Below, piece after piece: positions 51,201 through 63,494 of a DNA stretch of 64,000 nucleotides. The number at the start of each line of letters is the position of its first letter. Positions within the stretch are counted from its first letter, which is position 1. Source of the stretch: Tubiluchus corallicola (lineage: Eukaryota; Animalia; Priapulida). Under the pieces are notes generated by a model. That model was not told where the DNA came from. It saw only the letters and a program-made list of their open reading frames with translations, and did not search any database. The stretch lies in assembly GCA_030141605.1 (NCBI GenBank), contig JAQGDQ010000117.1:248001-312000 (forward strand). The letters run 5' to 3'. The translations under genes and the position numbers were made by a program.

Positions 51201-52316
51201 ACTTATTTGTGGGGAAAAACTATGTTCTCTGTAGCATTTGGGGAGAAACCTGTACGGCCAACTTTACGGCAGATCAGGTTTCTCCCAATCTCTTAATTTC
51301 TGCCTCGGACTTTATACCAGGCCTTATTAGTTCAACACATTAAGTAGCTAATGAGGCGCTAAGTCGAGTTTTCTATTTACATACTTGCAAAATAGAACTA
51401 CAGAAGTAATTACTTTCGTAGGTACTTCCTACAGTTATTTACATGAGCCAAATACTTAATTTGCTACTCGGAAATGTATTTCCCACAGCTTTTTCTTGTC
51501 CGTTTCCTTCAGCTGAACATCTTGTCATTAGCAGAAACTTATTAGAAAAACATTTTTACTGTTTTTGAAATGTTTCAGGATGCAGTTTCCATTTAATTTA
51601 AAATTGTTGCGTTAAAATTTGTTTTTACTGTAGATAAACAAAAATAAATTATTTTGCTTATGCACAATATCAATTTATTATGTTATTATAAAAACATGTT
51701 TACTGTTTTTTAGGATGCAGTTTCCAATTAGTTTAAATTGTTGTGATAAAATTGGGTTTTACTGTAGATAAACGAAAATAATTTGTTTCGCTTATGCGCA
51801 ATATAAATTTATCGCGTTTACAAACCTTTTTTAAATTTATCCTAGGGCTAAATAAAGATTTTTTTAGTTCTTAACACAACTCTTCTGTTTGAGAAGTAAA
51901 TGATAAAAAATAGTAATAAAAGTAATTCAATTTATGTTACACACTTTGAAAATAGCCTGGAAATTGTTTGTTTGTAAGAAGAGGACTAAAAAACCTTATT
52001 TTATTGTATCAATTCATTGCATTGGTTGCAGTGAGTTATACTAGTACAGTAATGATTTAATGATTTTGATGGCAGCAGAGAAAATTTTTTAGCATGAATT
52101 GTTTTTTGATGACTACATAATAAACATGTAATATTTTAGCAAGCATTCATGAAGCACTTTCAAAGAAGTACTAATATTGGCGCATATGGAATACATCAAG
52201 AGTTTGACACAAATGCCACCGAACCATCGAATGTGTCTGGAACAGGTCCTGGTTTACCATCACCTAATGAATCTGGACAGTACCAATTGGGTAATGTAGA
52301 CCAAGGCACTCTGTAA
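39298..52316 (+). CDS. Cyclic AMP receptor-like (CrlA/GPR157-type) 7TM G protein-coupled receptor, 348 aa
   Basis: 14 exons: 39298-39363, 40731-40783, 41566-41620, 42187-42246, 42609-42669, 43467-43557, 43699-43788, 44694-44732, 47172-47250, 48495-48542, 49462-49544, 49687-49760, 50549-50619, 52140-52316. All are GT-AG and phase-consistent (1047 nt). Seven hydrophobic segments. Motifs: SQRLILYL, WSILLWVCCITFNLY, YHFIAWVVP, YGPSEFWCWI, WRFGLWYIPLF, YPFIF, PLINRIQN, GALNAIVFG. Confidence 0.9.
43950..44235. repeat. Foldback/palindromic MITE-like element
   Basis: Nested inverted arms taaatccagtttttacc / ggtaaaaactggattta and ctatagaattt / aaattctatag. Outer limits are approximate. Confidence 0.6.
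46189..47027. mobile_element. Tigger/pogo-like non-autonomous element
   Basis: TA|CAGTAGGCGCTG...GCGGCATCTGCTG|TA, with subterminal ttaat(a/t)gactc repeats. Confidence 0.7.
47760..47990 (+). mobile_element. Helentron/HINE-like repeat fragment
   Basis: cacaaagtttcgtgaaaatcgatgaagtggtttt...(taac)n resembles the internal segment at ~6195-6290. Confidence 0.4.
48680..49092. repeat. Foldback MITE with ~140-bp imperfect inverted arms
   Basis: aaaaacatccacgcaacttccagaacatttc...aaaactgactgtaaaatacaaa mirrors ttttgcattttactgtcaatttt...gaaatgttctgaaagttgtgtgggtgttttt. Confidence 0.75.
51547..51820. repeat. Intronic 2 x ~135-bp tandem duplication
   Basis: aaaacat.tttactgttttt...aggatgcagtttcca...tactgtagataaac.aaaataa...gcttatgc.caatat occurs twice. 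Confidence 0.85.
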
Positions 52317-53874
52317 CAATTATTGCTGATGGCACTATGACTTTTCCAGGTATGTGTAGATATCACTGCCTCTTTTTTAAGCAGCATGGCTTCATGTTAA
52401 GTAAATCATCATTTGACAGCTTCTCGTTTAGCGACGATTCACCGTAGCAATTATGGACTTTTCATACACATTTTCTCACTTAACAACGAATGCTTGGTTT
52501 CAACAACTAATTTTTGATTAATACTGTAAATTATTGTTTATTGCATCTTCTATAAAGCTACTATTAACATAAATCAACTGTTATTGAGGTGGTGTCATCT
52601 TTAAAAAAGCCATGATTGGACTATAAGTCTACTTGAATAATTCATTTGTTTGCAGGTAAGTCTTCTAATGCTGACGCTGCTGATATTATATGTAATTTTT
52701 TTTTACCTGAACTATGCATTCAATAGACAGAAAGTTCCACAGATCCAAAAATAGCGTACCATATTGTTATTTTATGCATGATATATTTAAAATATCGGAG
52801 TTATTTTTAGTGGATTTAAATATATCTAACTGACTGCAGCAATGATTGCTAAAGTACTAGTATTGTACCTTTTGCAATGACGTTATTAAGTTGTATGTGT
52901 GAACAGAATGTTTAGTGTTAGTAGGTGATAATATGAGAATTTGCATGCATTGAAAAAGCTAATTTTCTTTTTTTATTTACTGTGTATTAAGCAGAAAAAT
53001 ATATACATTTATAAATTAGTAAAAAGTAACCAGTAAGGTTATATAAAATCTTTGTATTGTATATTGTTGTAAATTCTTTTAACTTTTAGGATCAAACCTG
53101 TTTCTTAATGTTATTTTTACTTAATGCGATTTTCTTTATATTTTGCAATAATATACATATTATAGCTTAGATGTCGTTTTTGTTATATTTAATCAGATTT
53201 ATATTTATTAAGATGTATATGAAATCGAACAAATGTAGTTCTACCATGTAGTAGTCTCTAATCATTTGTAGTTACTTTTTTTGTTTGTCCTGATATTGTG
53301 ATAAAGGAAAATGGTACCAAATTTTAGATCTGTCTCAAAATGAACTACTGTCAAAAATACTGAAAGGGGAGATATTAACTGATTATTTTTTTAAGAAAGA
53401 CAAATTAAACCAATAAGGTTACTGCATTACCATATTTTACCCAGCTGTGTTCATTTCTAGTTGTGCTTGCCAATTAATAATCAAGCTTCTAAGCTAATAT
53501 TTGATAATTTCTACACGCTTATAGAATGTATATTTTTAGAGAAATTTAGGCAGTAGTTGAAATGAGTATGGTCTGAAAAATTGCCTTTAACTTTTTTGCG
53601 TGCTCAAATTTCCTACTTAAATTTGTGTGCATGCAAATATACACAATTTGCAGGTATTAGAAAATCTATTACTGAAATTGTCATCTTTCATGCATGTATT
53701 TTACGTTAGAGTTTTGCTTCTCTATATTATGGTTACTACGATTATAATAATTCTACATGCCCTATTGACGTTACCTTACTCTTTCATATTAATTTACTGT
53801 GACGTACTTCAGTGTTAATGGTCTGTTTAAAAATCAAGGTGATATTCAGCACTTATGTTATTATGTTATAAAGA

Positions 53875-54150
53875 CTGTTATTGTTATTGTTGTGGCGAGA
53901 CTAGAACCAACTCAGTGTCAATGATAATGTACTCAGGTAAGGCACTGAGCTGGCAGTCTTAAGTGTCACAGCCCCATTCTGATGTTTGATCATCTTCCCT
54001 CTCTTAAGAGTATTATCATGGGAGCATGGTGGATAGTATACAGTCCACAAATAGTTTAACCATTGGTTACCCATGCATTTCTTATCCAGGTCTAGTGTTG
54101 CTTAACTGCATTACCGTGATCACTTTGACCACTCAGCTATTCCTCACCCC
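53875..54150 (-). mobile_element. SINE with a tRNA A-box-like head and a 5S rRNA-like segment
   Basis: Minus-strand TAGCTGAGTGGTC is followed by CAGTTAAGCAACACTAGACCTGGATAAGAAATGCATGGGTAACC, which resembles 5S AAGCTAAGCAGGGTCGGGCCTGGTTAGTACTTGGATGGGAGACC. (AACAAT)n tail. Confidence 0.5.
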
Positions 54151-54514
54151 AACTTTTGCATCAGTTTTTATCTTTTATTAGTTAGAAGATCATATTGAAT
54201 AACAAAAAACTATTTAAACCTCAAATATATTGTTTTTGGAACAAAGGTAGTCTAATTGTGATCATAGTGACTAAACAGAGCATTTTAACGTTTATGCACA
54301 GTGTTAGTTTAAAGAGTTTAATATTTTTATCTATACTGTATTGTCATTTAGATCTCTTTGTCTAATTATTATTTGTTATGATTTTTTAGATGCGTTTATT
54401 CTCATTTTTTCTTGTAATAATAAGTGAATTATTGGAAGCAATAAATTAAGTGACATTTGAAGTTATTTTTCACCATATCTCTTTATATTTTATGTGAAAA
54501 ATCTTTTAGTTTAT

Positions 54515-54703
54515 GTAATCAAACCTCGTTATAAAGCCTCTTTTATAATCCCAACCTGGATTAATGCACAAAATTTTAGCAAAATGAAAAATCTGTATTT
54601 GCGTAAACGTGTATGCATTAATGCACCTCGTTATAATGCCAAACTCTTTATAACGCCAACTTTTTTACAGTCCCTAAGTAGGTGGTATAAAGAGGTGTGA
54701 CTG
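54515..54703. mobile_element. Tigger-like MITE
   Basis: tcaaacctcgttataa ... tataaagaggtgtgactg|ta, with an internal repeat acctcgttataa. Confidence 0.65.
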
Positions 54704-56945
54704 TATTATCTCCAAACAAAACGTAGCTTATAGTGGGGCCCAAAAGACAATAGGCTTATTTCTAAGCCAATGCCATGTAAAAACTGTTAGAAAACTTATA
54801 ATGAATTTTTGAAATAAAGTTTTCAATTTTAGAATTGGAATAGAATGAACTAGATTTTTTTAAATTGAATGCTGCAGAATTTGAGAAATATTAATTTGTT
54901 TGCTATCACTGAACATAATTTATGATAGTGCATGTGAATATGATAGTGCAAGAGTTTGTGAAGTGAAGGAAGTGTAATATGTAACTAATACATTTACTAG
55001 TGATCCTTTCCATCTTTCAAAGTATTTTATCCAGAAGTTTCTGCATGCTTTGAGCCAAGAAGAAATGTGGTTACCAGTAATATGTGAAGAGTGTGGTCAG
55101 TATGATGGCTAAGTGTTTTCTTTTACTTTTCGAGAACTTCTAAAAAAAAACAAATTGATGTAGTAACACCGCATTTTGCAATTAATGTGAGCAGACATAC
55201 ATTCTATTAAAATTTCATAAATGTATTTAGCAAGAATCTTGCATAATAATTGTCAATGAATGCTAGTAATAAACTGTTACAAACACAACTGTGCGGTATA
55301 AAAATATGCAAAAAAAAATCTTCCTGTAAGTAGGATAAAAACTATACAAAAATATTTTATCTCCTAAACTGGTATGAAAGCTATACCAAAACAGATCATA
55401 AGCAATATAAAAATATGCCTTATAAGCTATGTTAATCTCAGTATTATAAAAGACATCAAGGTTTTCACATGGCTCAAGTTGTGGTCTTCTCTAAAATAAT
55501 AGTTTGTGCAGTATGTTAAACTTCTGATATTTTTGATCATCCTACTAAATTCACAGTTATATAGCTCTATAGTTAATCCATTGATAGGACAAGCTGACAT
55601 GGAGCTTTTGCCAGTTATCAGTCTTTGATATGGTAATTTCTTTTAGTCAAATATGTAGTCTTGCTAGTTTTTACAAAAATACGATATTTTTTATGACTAA
55701 GTTTACAAAAAAACATGGTGATATTTCATTCAAAATAACTAAATCCAAAAATAAAATAAAATAAAAATCCAAAATTAGTCATAATTTGTACAAAATAGTC
55801 GAATTCATAGTGAGATTAGTGTAGAGTTCTAACATTTATGCCAACTAATTGCAAATACCAAGTTAGTAATGAAGCTCATCAACTAACGTAATAACGACTT
55901 TACATTTGTAGAACATGCACAATTCTTTAATGTTATTCCTTTTTACAGCTTTCTAGCAAAATTTACAACTCTTATTAAAGGAGATCATTGTACTGATATA
56001 CAATTCCAACCACCGGCAATTACAATAATTATCATTCAATACGGGTATTTTATACAATCATCAATGAGACTACTCTACTATGATTGTGATGAAACACAAT
56101 TGTTATGTTCATTACCCTGTTTGCATCCAGATATGTAGGTTTTACCACTCTAACTAATGTATAGCTAAGGCTAGCAATAATAAGTATATCAACTATTTAC
56201 AATTTATTACAAATGACCTGGATATAAACTGCACTTGAAGCAAGTATTACAACAATGAGTATTTTACAATGAGTATTTCAGGTACTATGCAATTGCTAAG
56301 TTTCCTAAATTATTCCGTAAGTATTAAATTCATTTGCGAGTATTCAAATTTGTGCATTTTTTGCTAATAATTAGATCTACAATTAGTTATTACTATGTGC
56401 TTGTTTATTATAATTGTGCTATAAACAATATTAGCTGCCTTAAATGGGCACAATCCAGGAAATGTACTAAGTAAATACAAAACATTTACAATTCTGATAT
56501 TATTGTCAATATATTTGGTGTGATTTTAAAAATATAATGCTATACTTTGACTTCTTGCCACTGCGTATTTTTTTCAGTTTTTACATGCTAACATGTATTA
56601 AACCCAACACGAAATGGTGTATTTCTTAAAGCGAGCTCTGTATAAAGTACATAATATTCTACGTAATCAAGCAGGAAGGATAATCAAGAAGAAACTAAGT
56701 TGTTTTTTCATTCTGTGGTATGTTCACGCCTGTTTTTGACTGTCAACGTTAAGAAGATCTCACTAAATAGGTCTAGTATAATCTAACTTTACTAATATAA
56801 CTGATTTAATTATAATAATAGCATTAATTTAACTCAAATAGAGCCATTGGAATGATTCTTCCCAAACACTAAGTCTTGTCTTTTAATTCATGCTAAGTCT
56901 TGTCACCAATCAAGGTTTAATAAATCACTTTTTATCAAGAAGTGA

Positions 56946-59909
56946 TTAGACTGGTTCTGACTTGAACACTTCTGTCTGAACTGTTACGTCTGTATCTGTT
57001 GTTGATGTTTGCGATCCACTGGCCAGATAGTAGGAATTATCTGTAAGAAGTGCATAAAAATGCTGTTAAGATCTCGTAATGAAAGTTCAACTACACATTC
57101 ACCCTTAGTACTAAGCTTTTTGGTAAAAAACTGTTTGAGTTCCACAACTCGGTTTCTTATTTAAAAAATGTATGAGGACAGCTATGTCTGAGAGTCCATG
57201 TTTCTTTCCTTTAGCAACCTGGTGGTGATTGTAATGGTACCAATATGTGTTAGTGGTAGTTCTAGTGGTTGTAGTAATAGCAGCAGTAGTATTGTTCAGT
57301 TATTGGCTTGCGAGTAACTCTATAAAGTCGCTCATTTTGCTGTGTTGTTCTTGTTGTTCACGTAATACAAAACTTTGCTATTTTCTCACTATGAGGCAAG
57401 CAATGGACAAGTACTAAATTTTTACAAATTTGTGACTGCAAGTGCTATCTGCTGCTTATTATCACCATTTCGACAGCAGTAAATGCAGATTGTTTGCGCA
57501 TTATTGATCATTTTGCTATTGCTACGGCATGGTACAGATGGTGTCCTGTGGTGTATGTGGGGTGATTTTTTAATATTGTGATGTCACAACAGAGCACCAT
57601 TGTAGAAAAATTAGTGAATCACTTAAAGGAACCCATGGAAAAGCATCATCTGAAACACAGCATCGACTTTTTCAAATTAGCTGGCAATTAACGTCACTAA
57701 TTAGATTATGACCATGAATGTGAAAATGTTCATAAACCACTGCGACTTATTTCACGATAATTATTACACTTTACAAATACTGAGTTGAAGAAAAAGGGGT
57801 GACACTTTTGAATTGTGACACGGTCGGGACTTGAACCCGAGACCTGGGATTAGACCTCCATGCTCTGCCAGTTCAACATGACAGAGCAGGCTGTAGATTT
57901 CATCCTTGTAGCACACAGTCCAACAGCACCACCTGTACCCATGAGAGTAGGGGGAGACACTTATGGTTTCAACTTTTTCATGTCCAGCTTCATGGTAAAA
58001 TGGTCATGTACAAGAGAAAAGTATTCCCATGGAACCCACATCACTGTTAATTAGTCATGTCTGATGAACGTACAGATTTGTTACTGCCAACCTGTTTGAA
58101 ATTCCTCTGTTGCATTAAGATTTACACTACTTACGAATAACGCCTCCGGTAGTGGAAGCATATCTCCATGAGGAATCCGTATAGGGAGTGGACGAGTATT
58201 GCGTGTATGGAGGTGCTGCAGTTGTGTAAGTGCCATACTCTAAAGCCAAACAACAAAATGTAGTTTTAATTACGAAATTTGATTCAACACACATACAAAC
58301 ATTGGCCTATAGTTCTCATTCTTTTGCATAATTGTGTAATAATTAATACATTATATGAAAACCTGCAAGTGTTGCCATTTATAGAAAGTTTTTCTGAATA
58401 AACAGAGGGTACATTGTTTTAATACTTAATAAATTAATAGACTGGTAGAAGAATCATAAGATGTAAGTGAAAATGTATTTAATCTAAATTTGTGAATACC
58501 ATTAATTGCTAATGTCACTGGAAATGATGCATCTATTCTGTAACCAGTTCATTTTGTTTCTAAAGAATTTAACTTCAGAGCAACAGTGGTACATGATTAT
58601 ACAAAATGTATTACCTGCTGTATATTGCCCATATGTAGGTAAAGGAATGTTCTGTAGAGGCTGTAGGACAGTTAAAATTCTGTCACTGTTTGGATCTGCA
58701 GGAGTATCTTTTGGTTCACTTTTCACAGGAATTTCTTCTTCGTTGTTGTTGCTGGTGGTGGTGATGTTGTTATTGGTGGTATTATCATTGTTGTTATTAT
58801 TATTATTATTGCTACCTGGACTGCTCTCGTTCGTGGTTGGATGCGCTTCATCTTCTGAAAATGTTAAATAGTGACAGCATCACTTTCTGGAGTTTGTTGG
58901 CAGTTATGGATTTTATCACAAGTAAGTTTCAAAGCCGTTAGCAAATGCAATCCACATTTAAATGTTTTCCTCCAGTTAAGAAATCTAAAAGCGCAAGGAA
59001 ACCCTTTATTTACATAAAACTAAAAAAATTTTGTCCTGAAGGTTTGTATTACCTGCATATTGCTTTACTGGCGCAGAGCTTATATTAGCAGCAACTCTGT
59101 GTAAAACTTGGAACATTTATACTCCCGCAATGAGCATGAAGCACAGCCTATTCTGATGATAAGTTGTTTGAAACAAGTTTAGATTACAAGTTTAGTTTAG
59201 ATTGAAAACATTTTTTTTGGTAAGTCAGTAGTGCACATTGGGAAGGCGAGTCAGTAATTTCAAAGAATTGTGTTTTCTATTTATATAAGTCTTTCTAGCA
59301 GATACGCACAATGATAGGTAATATAATTCTGTCTGCAAAGCTTTTTGGGACATACTTAAAAAATTGCTTTGCTTCTCTTATAAGTTAGTGCAATTTTTTT
59401 CACTAAAGAATCTTTTTTCTCTAACTGTTTTCCAATTGAACTTTTATATTATCAATTGTTTGGACACATTCAGACAGTTATTTGTAAATGCTATATTATA
59501 CATTAAGTTCTGCAAATACGTCCACCGAGTCAGTTCCATTACAAATTCTTTGTCTTTTTGAAGTAGTGCTTGTTGACTACTGCACAGTTCAGAAAATAAA
59601 CTGTCACTTATTTTATGTCTGCATGGACACTATTGAAGGCAAATACAGAAATATTGCTATTGTATTTTGCTAACTTTACCTTCTATTTCAGCCATTTGTA
59701 CTGCAGTGTCTAATATGCTCGTTGTTGCACTTTTGGCAGACTGATTGCTTTGTGGTACCGTCATGATTGTGACAGGTGAAGACTGTGTATCACTGGTTGT
59801 AGTTCCTATGTGAATATTCATAGAATAAAGCTTAAATGGCATACTACACTATTTCTATAACTTACCTTATAATTATTTAATAAGGTAATATGTAACAGTT
59901 GTAAATATC

Positions 59910-59940
<31 letters not shown>

Positions 59941-62900
59941 GTGTTATATAATGATTATACCCCATGTGCGGGGTTCTGTTCTGTATAGTTTTTTGCATTG
60001 TATTTGTAATATATTATAATGAATTGTAAAACTGTAGTGCGCTGAATCGTCAATAAATTATTATATCAGTAAGCCTCAGAATCCTCCTCACACATGGTTA
60101 ACACGAAGCATTTGTGAAATTATGAGGTACATTGTTTTAGTTGCTGCTGTTAAATAGAATAATTACGTAAAGTTTAATGTCTGACATAATATCTGACGTA
60201 ATATTTAATCTGCATGACATGATACTACTGATTACTACCTACCACAAATTAGACTCTCCCAAGATTGCCTTAAATTTTGCTAAGCTATAAAAATTAATAC
60301 AGTACCTAACATTATAAAAATATAGATCTGCTATTGTATTGTCAAATAACCTTCATTACATGTATCCTAATTTCTGATAATTACCAGTTTTATTGAACCG
60401 AATAGTGTATTATTAAGCATGTATACCTAAGCTTGCCATAGATGAATATACCATGCCTTGTTGCAGTGCGGAAGTATCTTGGCTGGATGTGATTGGAATA
60501 TAAATGATATTCTTTTGTTGGTCGGCCCCTTGGCTAGTCACAACAAGTGTTCCATCTGGTGTATAGCTGACATTTTGAATATTAAACAAAGCTGGAAATG
60601 GAAAGTGATCAAGGAGAATGGTATTCATGAACACTGATAACATTCTATAACACAATATTATGATTATAATTACATTTAGTTTTCAGCAGATGTGGTAAAA
60701 ATGAATTCAGTCATTCTGGTATATGCTTTAAGAGCTCAACAATTATTGCTGCAAAATTTTTTTTAATTCTTACTTGATGGGTCTGTCACTGTGTCAGATT
60801 TCAATTCTCCATTTGCCGTGAACCAGAGCTGCAATGTAACACTGACAATGAGAAAAGTTATAAAATTTTATGCTGTCAATAAACATTTCTGCATTCTTTT
60901 ACATGAACATCATTAATTTATTATTTCATTGGCCACACACATTCACTGTTTAATGTGATAGCATTAAAGAAAACTGGCTGTACAAACAGAAATATTGTTT
61001 TATATAATGCCTTGACATCATCTGATAGTGTAATTTCCGAGAAAGGGACAACCTTAGAATGTAACTGGTACAGTTAGACTAAACTTTCAAAATGATAATC
61101 TTCATAGTTAAATAAGTAAACAACTTTCTGCCAGCAAATAAGCTAAGATGTAAGATTTAAGTGTAAGCGTTGAAAAGTGCCTTGGATGTCCGTTACAAGG
61201 AAAGAAATCTGAGATATTAAAAAGTCAAACATCTGAGAAGATTGAAAAGTTTAGAAACTAAAATAGCGCATACAAAGAAAACAATGAATTAGAAAGTTAA
61301 CTACTGGATCCAATAAGTGACAGTAAAACAATGAAATTGGACTCTACTCACAGTAGATGCAGCATTATTGCCATTTTGCTGTTGTTTGTAATCCTCCAAG
61401 CTTAGTGAGTATGACTCTCCTTTTTGCTTTTTTGATTCGGATACATTATTGTTGGAATCACCTGTACCAGAACCTAAAAATTAACAAAACAGCCTAAACC
61501 TCAGAGCAAGTCAAATTACCAGTGGTAGTGCTAATGAGAAGTTCTACCTGTATCTAAACCTCTTATAAATTCTTTGCAATTCTCCTTCAAGGCTACCTTT
61601 ATTCTGTTATCATGCAAAAGCTTTTTTAACCAAGTAGGTGTGGTCCGTTTTGACACAATTTAATAACTCTTTTGCAGCTTACATTACTCCAGAATGACAT
61701 GCTGAAAATTTTCATTTGTTTAAAATGACTTCTGTGAGAATCTTATGTGGAAAGTATGCTTAAAGTTACTACAATTTCTTCAAGGGTTCACAACATTTTG
61801 TCTCTAATCTGTGCTATGCAAAATATCATTCTAACTGAAAATGCATAATTTTGCTTAGTTTCATATTCACACAACTATTGTACTATGATATCTGTGAAGG
61901 CAGTTAAAGACTGCATTAATGCATTTTACAATGTACAAAGGGTTAGCTTTACCATCACTTGGTCGTTTCCGATTTGGTTGTTGTTCTGCCTGGTCAGGTA
62001 GTCCTAGTATTCCATTGATGGAATAGGAACCGGAAGATCTGTTTATTTGGTTGCTGTCTTGCTGCTGTTGCTGTTGCTGCTGCTGCGCAGGTGGTGCTAA
62101 GGTAATTACAGTTGTCGTGTTGCCTGGATTCGGACTGATGGTGTCATGTTGCCGTGGTAACATCTGTGGAGAAATTAATTGTGGATGGTTTTGCTTCGGG
62201 CTGTTTGATTGTTCCTGTTGTCCAGATGACTTGTCTCCTAATCTGGCTTTGAGTGCTGCCTGATTTCGGACGATCCTGAAAAATATTTTAAGATCAAATG
62301 AAAAGTTATTTTTGTTCTACTTGTTTGAATGCTGGTAAACAAAGAGAGTCAAATTGTGACCTTGTCCTAGTAGAAACAAGAGAATGTTTGCCATTTTACC
62401 ATTTTTAAGCTTTTTATCAAGATTATCCCGAAGTTTGTTTTTCGGATTACTATTGAAAATTCAGCTGCTAGTGTTTCAGTCAATATTACAGTTTCTGCTA
62501 TTAAAAAAATCTTGCGTTTACAAATTGTCAAGTTCTAGTGTTTTAAAGTAAGTTTCCATATTGTTTTTTATGTCTAGTAGCCTTGATACCCTTTAATACA
62601 ACGAAGGATCAGCCTCTGAAAAAACAGTGTTTCCTCAGTTAACTCAGTCTATTACTAACTTGCCAAAACAAATGAGGTATCGGATGTAGATGAATTTTTA
62701 TATGTTTATAGGCGTATGGTCTTTTTACAATTTGCAGTACAGTACTATAATATTACAAGGTTCTAAAGATAATATAGTTTGTTTTTATTGCAGTGTAGTT
62801 GCTACTTTATTGCAACACAGCAAAACAATACTATCAAAGTGAAGATGAACGAATGTTTCTTACATGTTTCAATGACAGTTTTAGAGGAATTAAAAGTGCA

Positions 62901-63494
62901 TAAAATGAAAACAACACAAAGATGATGGTTCTATGGGAAAGATATGTGGATGGGCTTACCTAGGAGTATTTTAATGAAAGGTAATGGAAGAATTGAACAA
63001 AGACGTGTAAATTAGAACGCTTACCTGTTAATGGAACTAACACTAGGAACTGTGTCCTTTTCACATATTCCTTCATTGAGTAGTCGATCTCTGATCTCCC
63101 AAGCAAACATAGTCGGATTATCTCGCTTATACTGAGAAATCATCTCAACGACTTCAGGTGTCGCAACCTTTGGCTTACTGCCTCCTATGACACCTGGTCG
63201 GATTGATCCAGTTTCATAGTACCTGACGATGAAATTATTCAATTCAATAAGTTAAAACAGTGATTTCATTATCTTTTATTTTTATGGTGTCTCTTTATTC
63301 TGTGGAAAATAAGTATATTTTTCTTTACCTTCCTAATATCTTGCTCACACAGCCATGGGACACTCGCAGTTGTCTTGAAATATCACACGGACGTACACCA
63401 TTCTGGGCTAGTTCGACAATTCTGGACCTCACCACATCGGGCAAAGGACGTCCATTAACGAAGACACCACCAAGTTGATTTACACCACCATGGC
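56946..63494 (-). CDS. Pax2/5/8: Paired box protein Pax2/5/8, 5'-partial
   Basis: Exons 63494-63329, 63222-63025, 62275-61953, 61473-61352, 60828-60774, 60591-60427, 59805-59680, 58854-58615, 58239-58135 and 57040-56946, all phase-consistent. Paired domain [23 protein letters not shown]...[20 protein letters not shown]...VPSVSSINR lies in 166-nt and 198-nt exons. Octapeptide YSINGILG. C-terminal [16 protein letters not shown]...NSYY. Confidence 0.95.
57785..57890 (-). mobile_element. tRNA-derived SINE head in a Pax2/5/8 intron
   Basis: ACTGGCAGAGCATGGAGGTCTAATCCCAGGTCTCGGGTTCAAGTCCCGA contains a T-arm/B-box. The acceptor stem does not form. Confidence 0.65.

Noticed and set aside
57810-57885. 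Functional tRNA gene
   Set aside because: The B-box/T-arm is present, but the acceptor and D stems do not pair, so it is treated as a SINE head.
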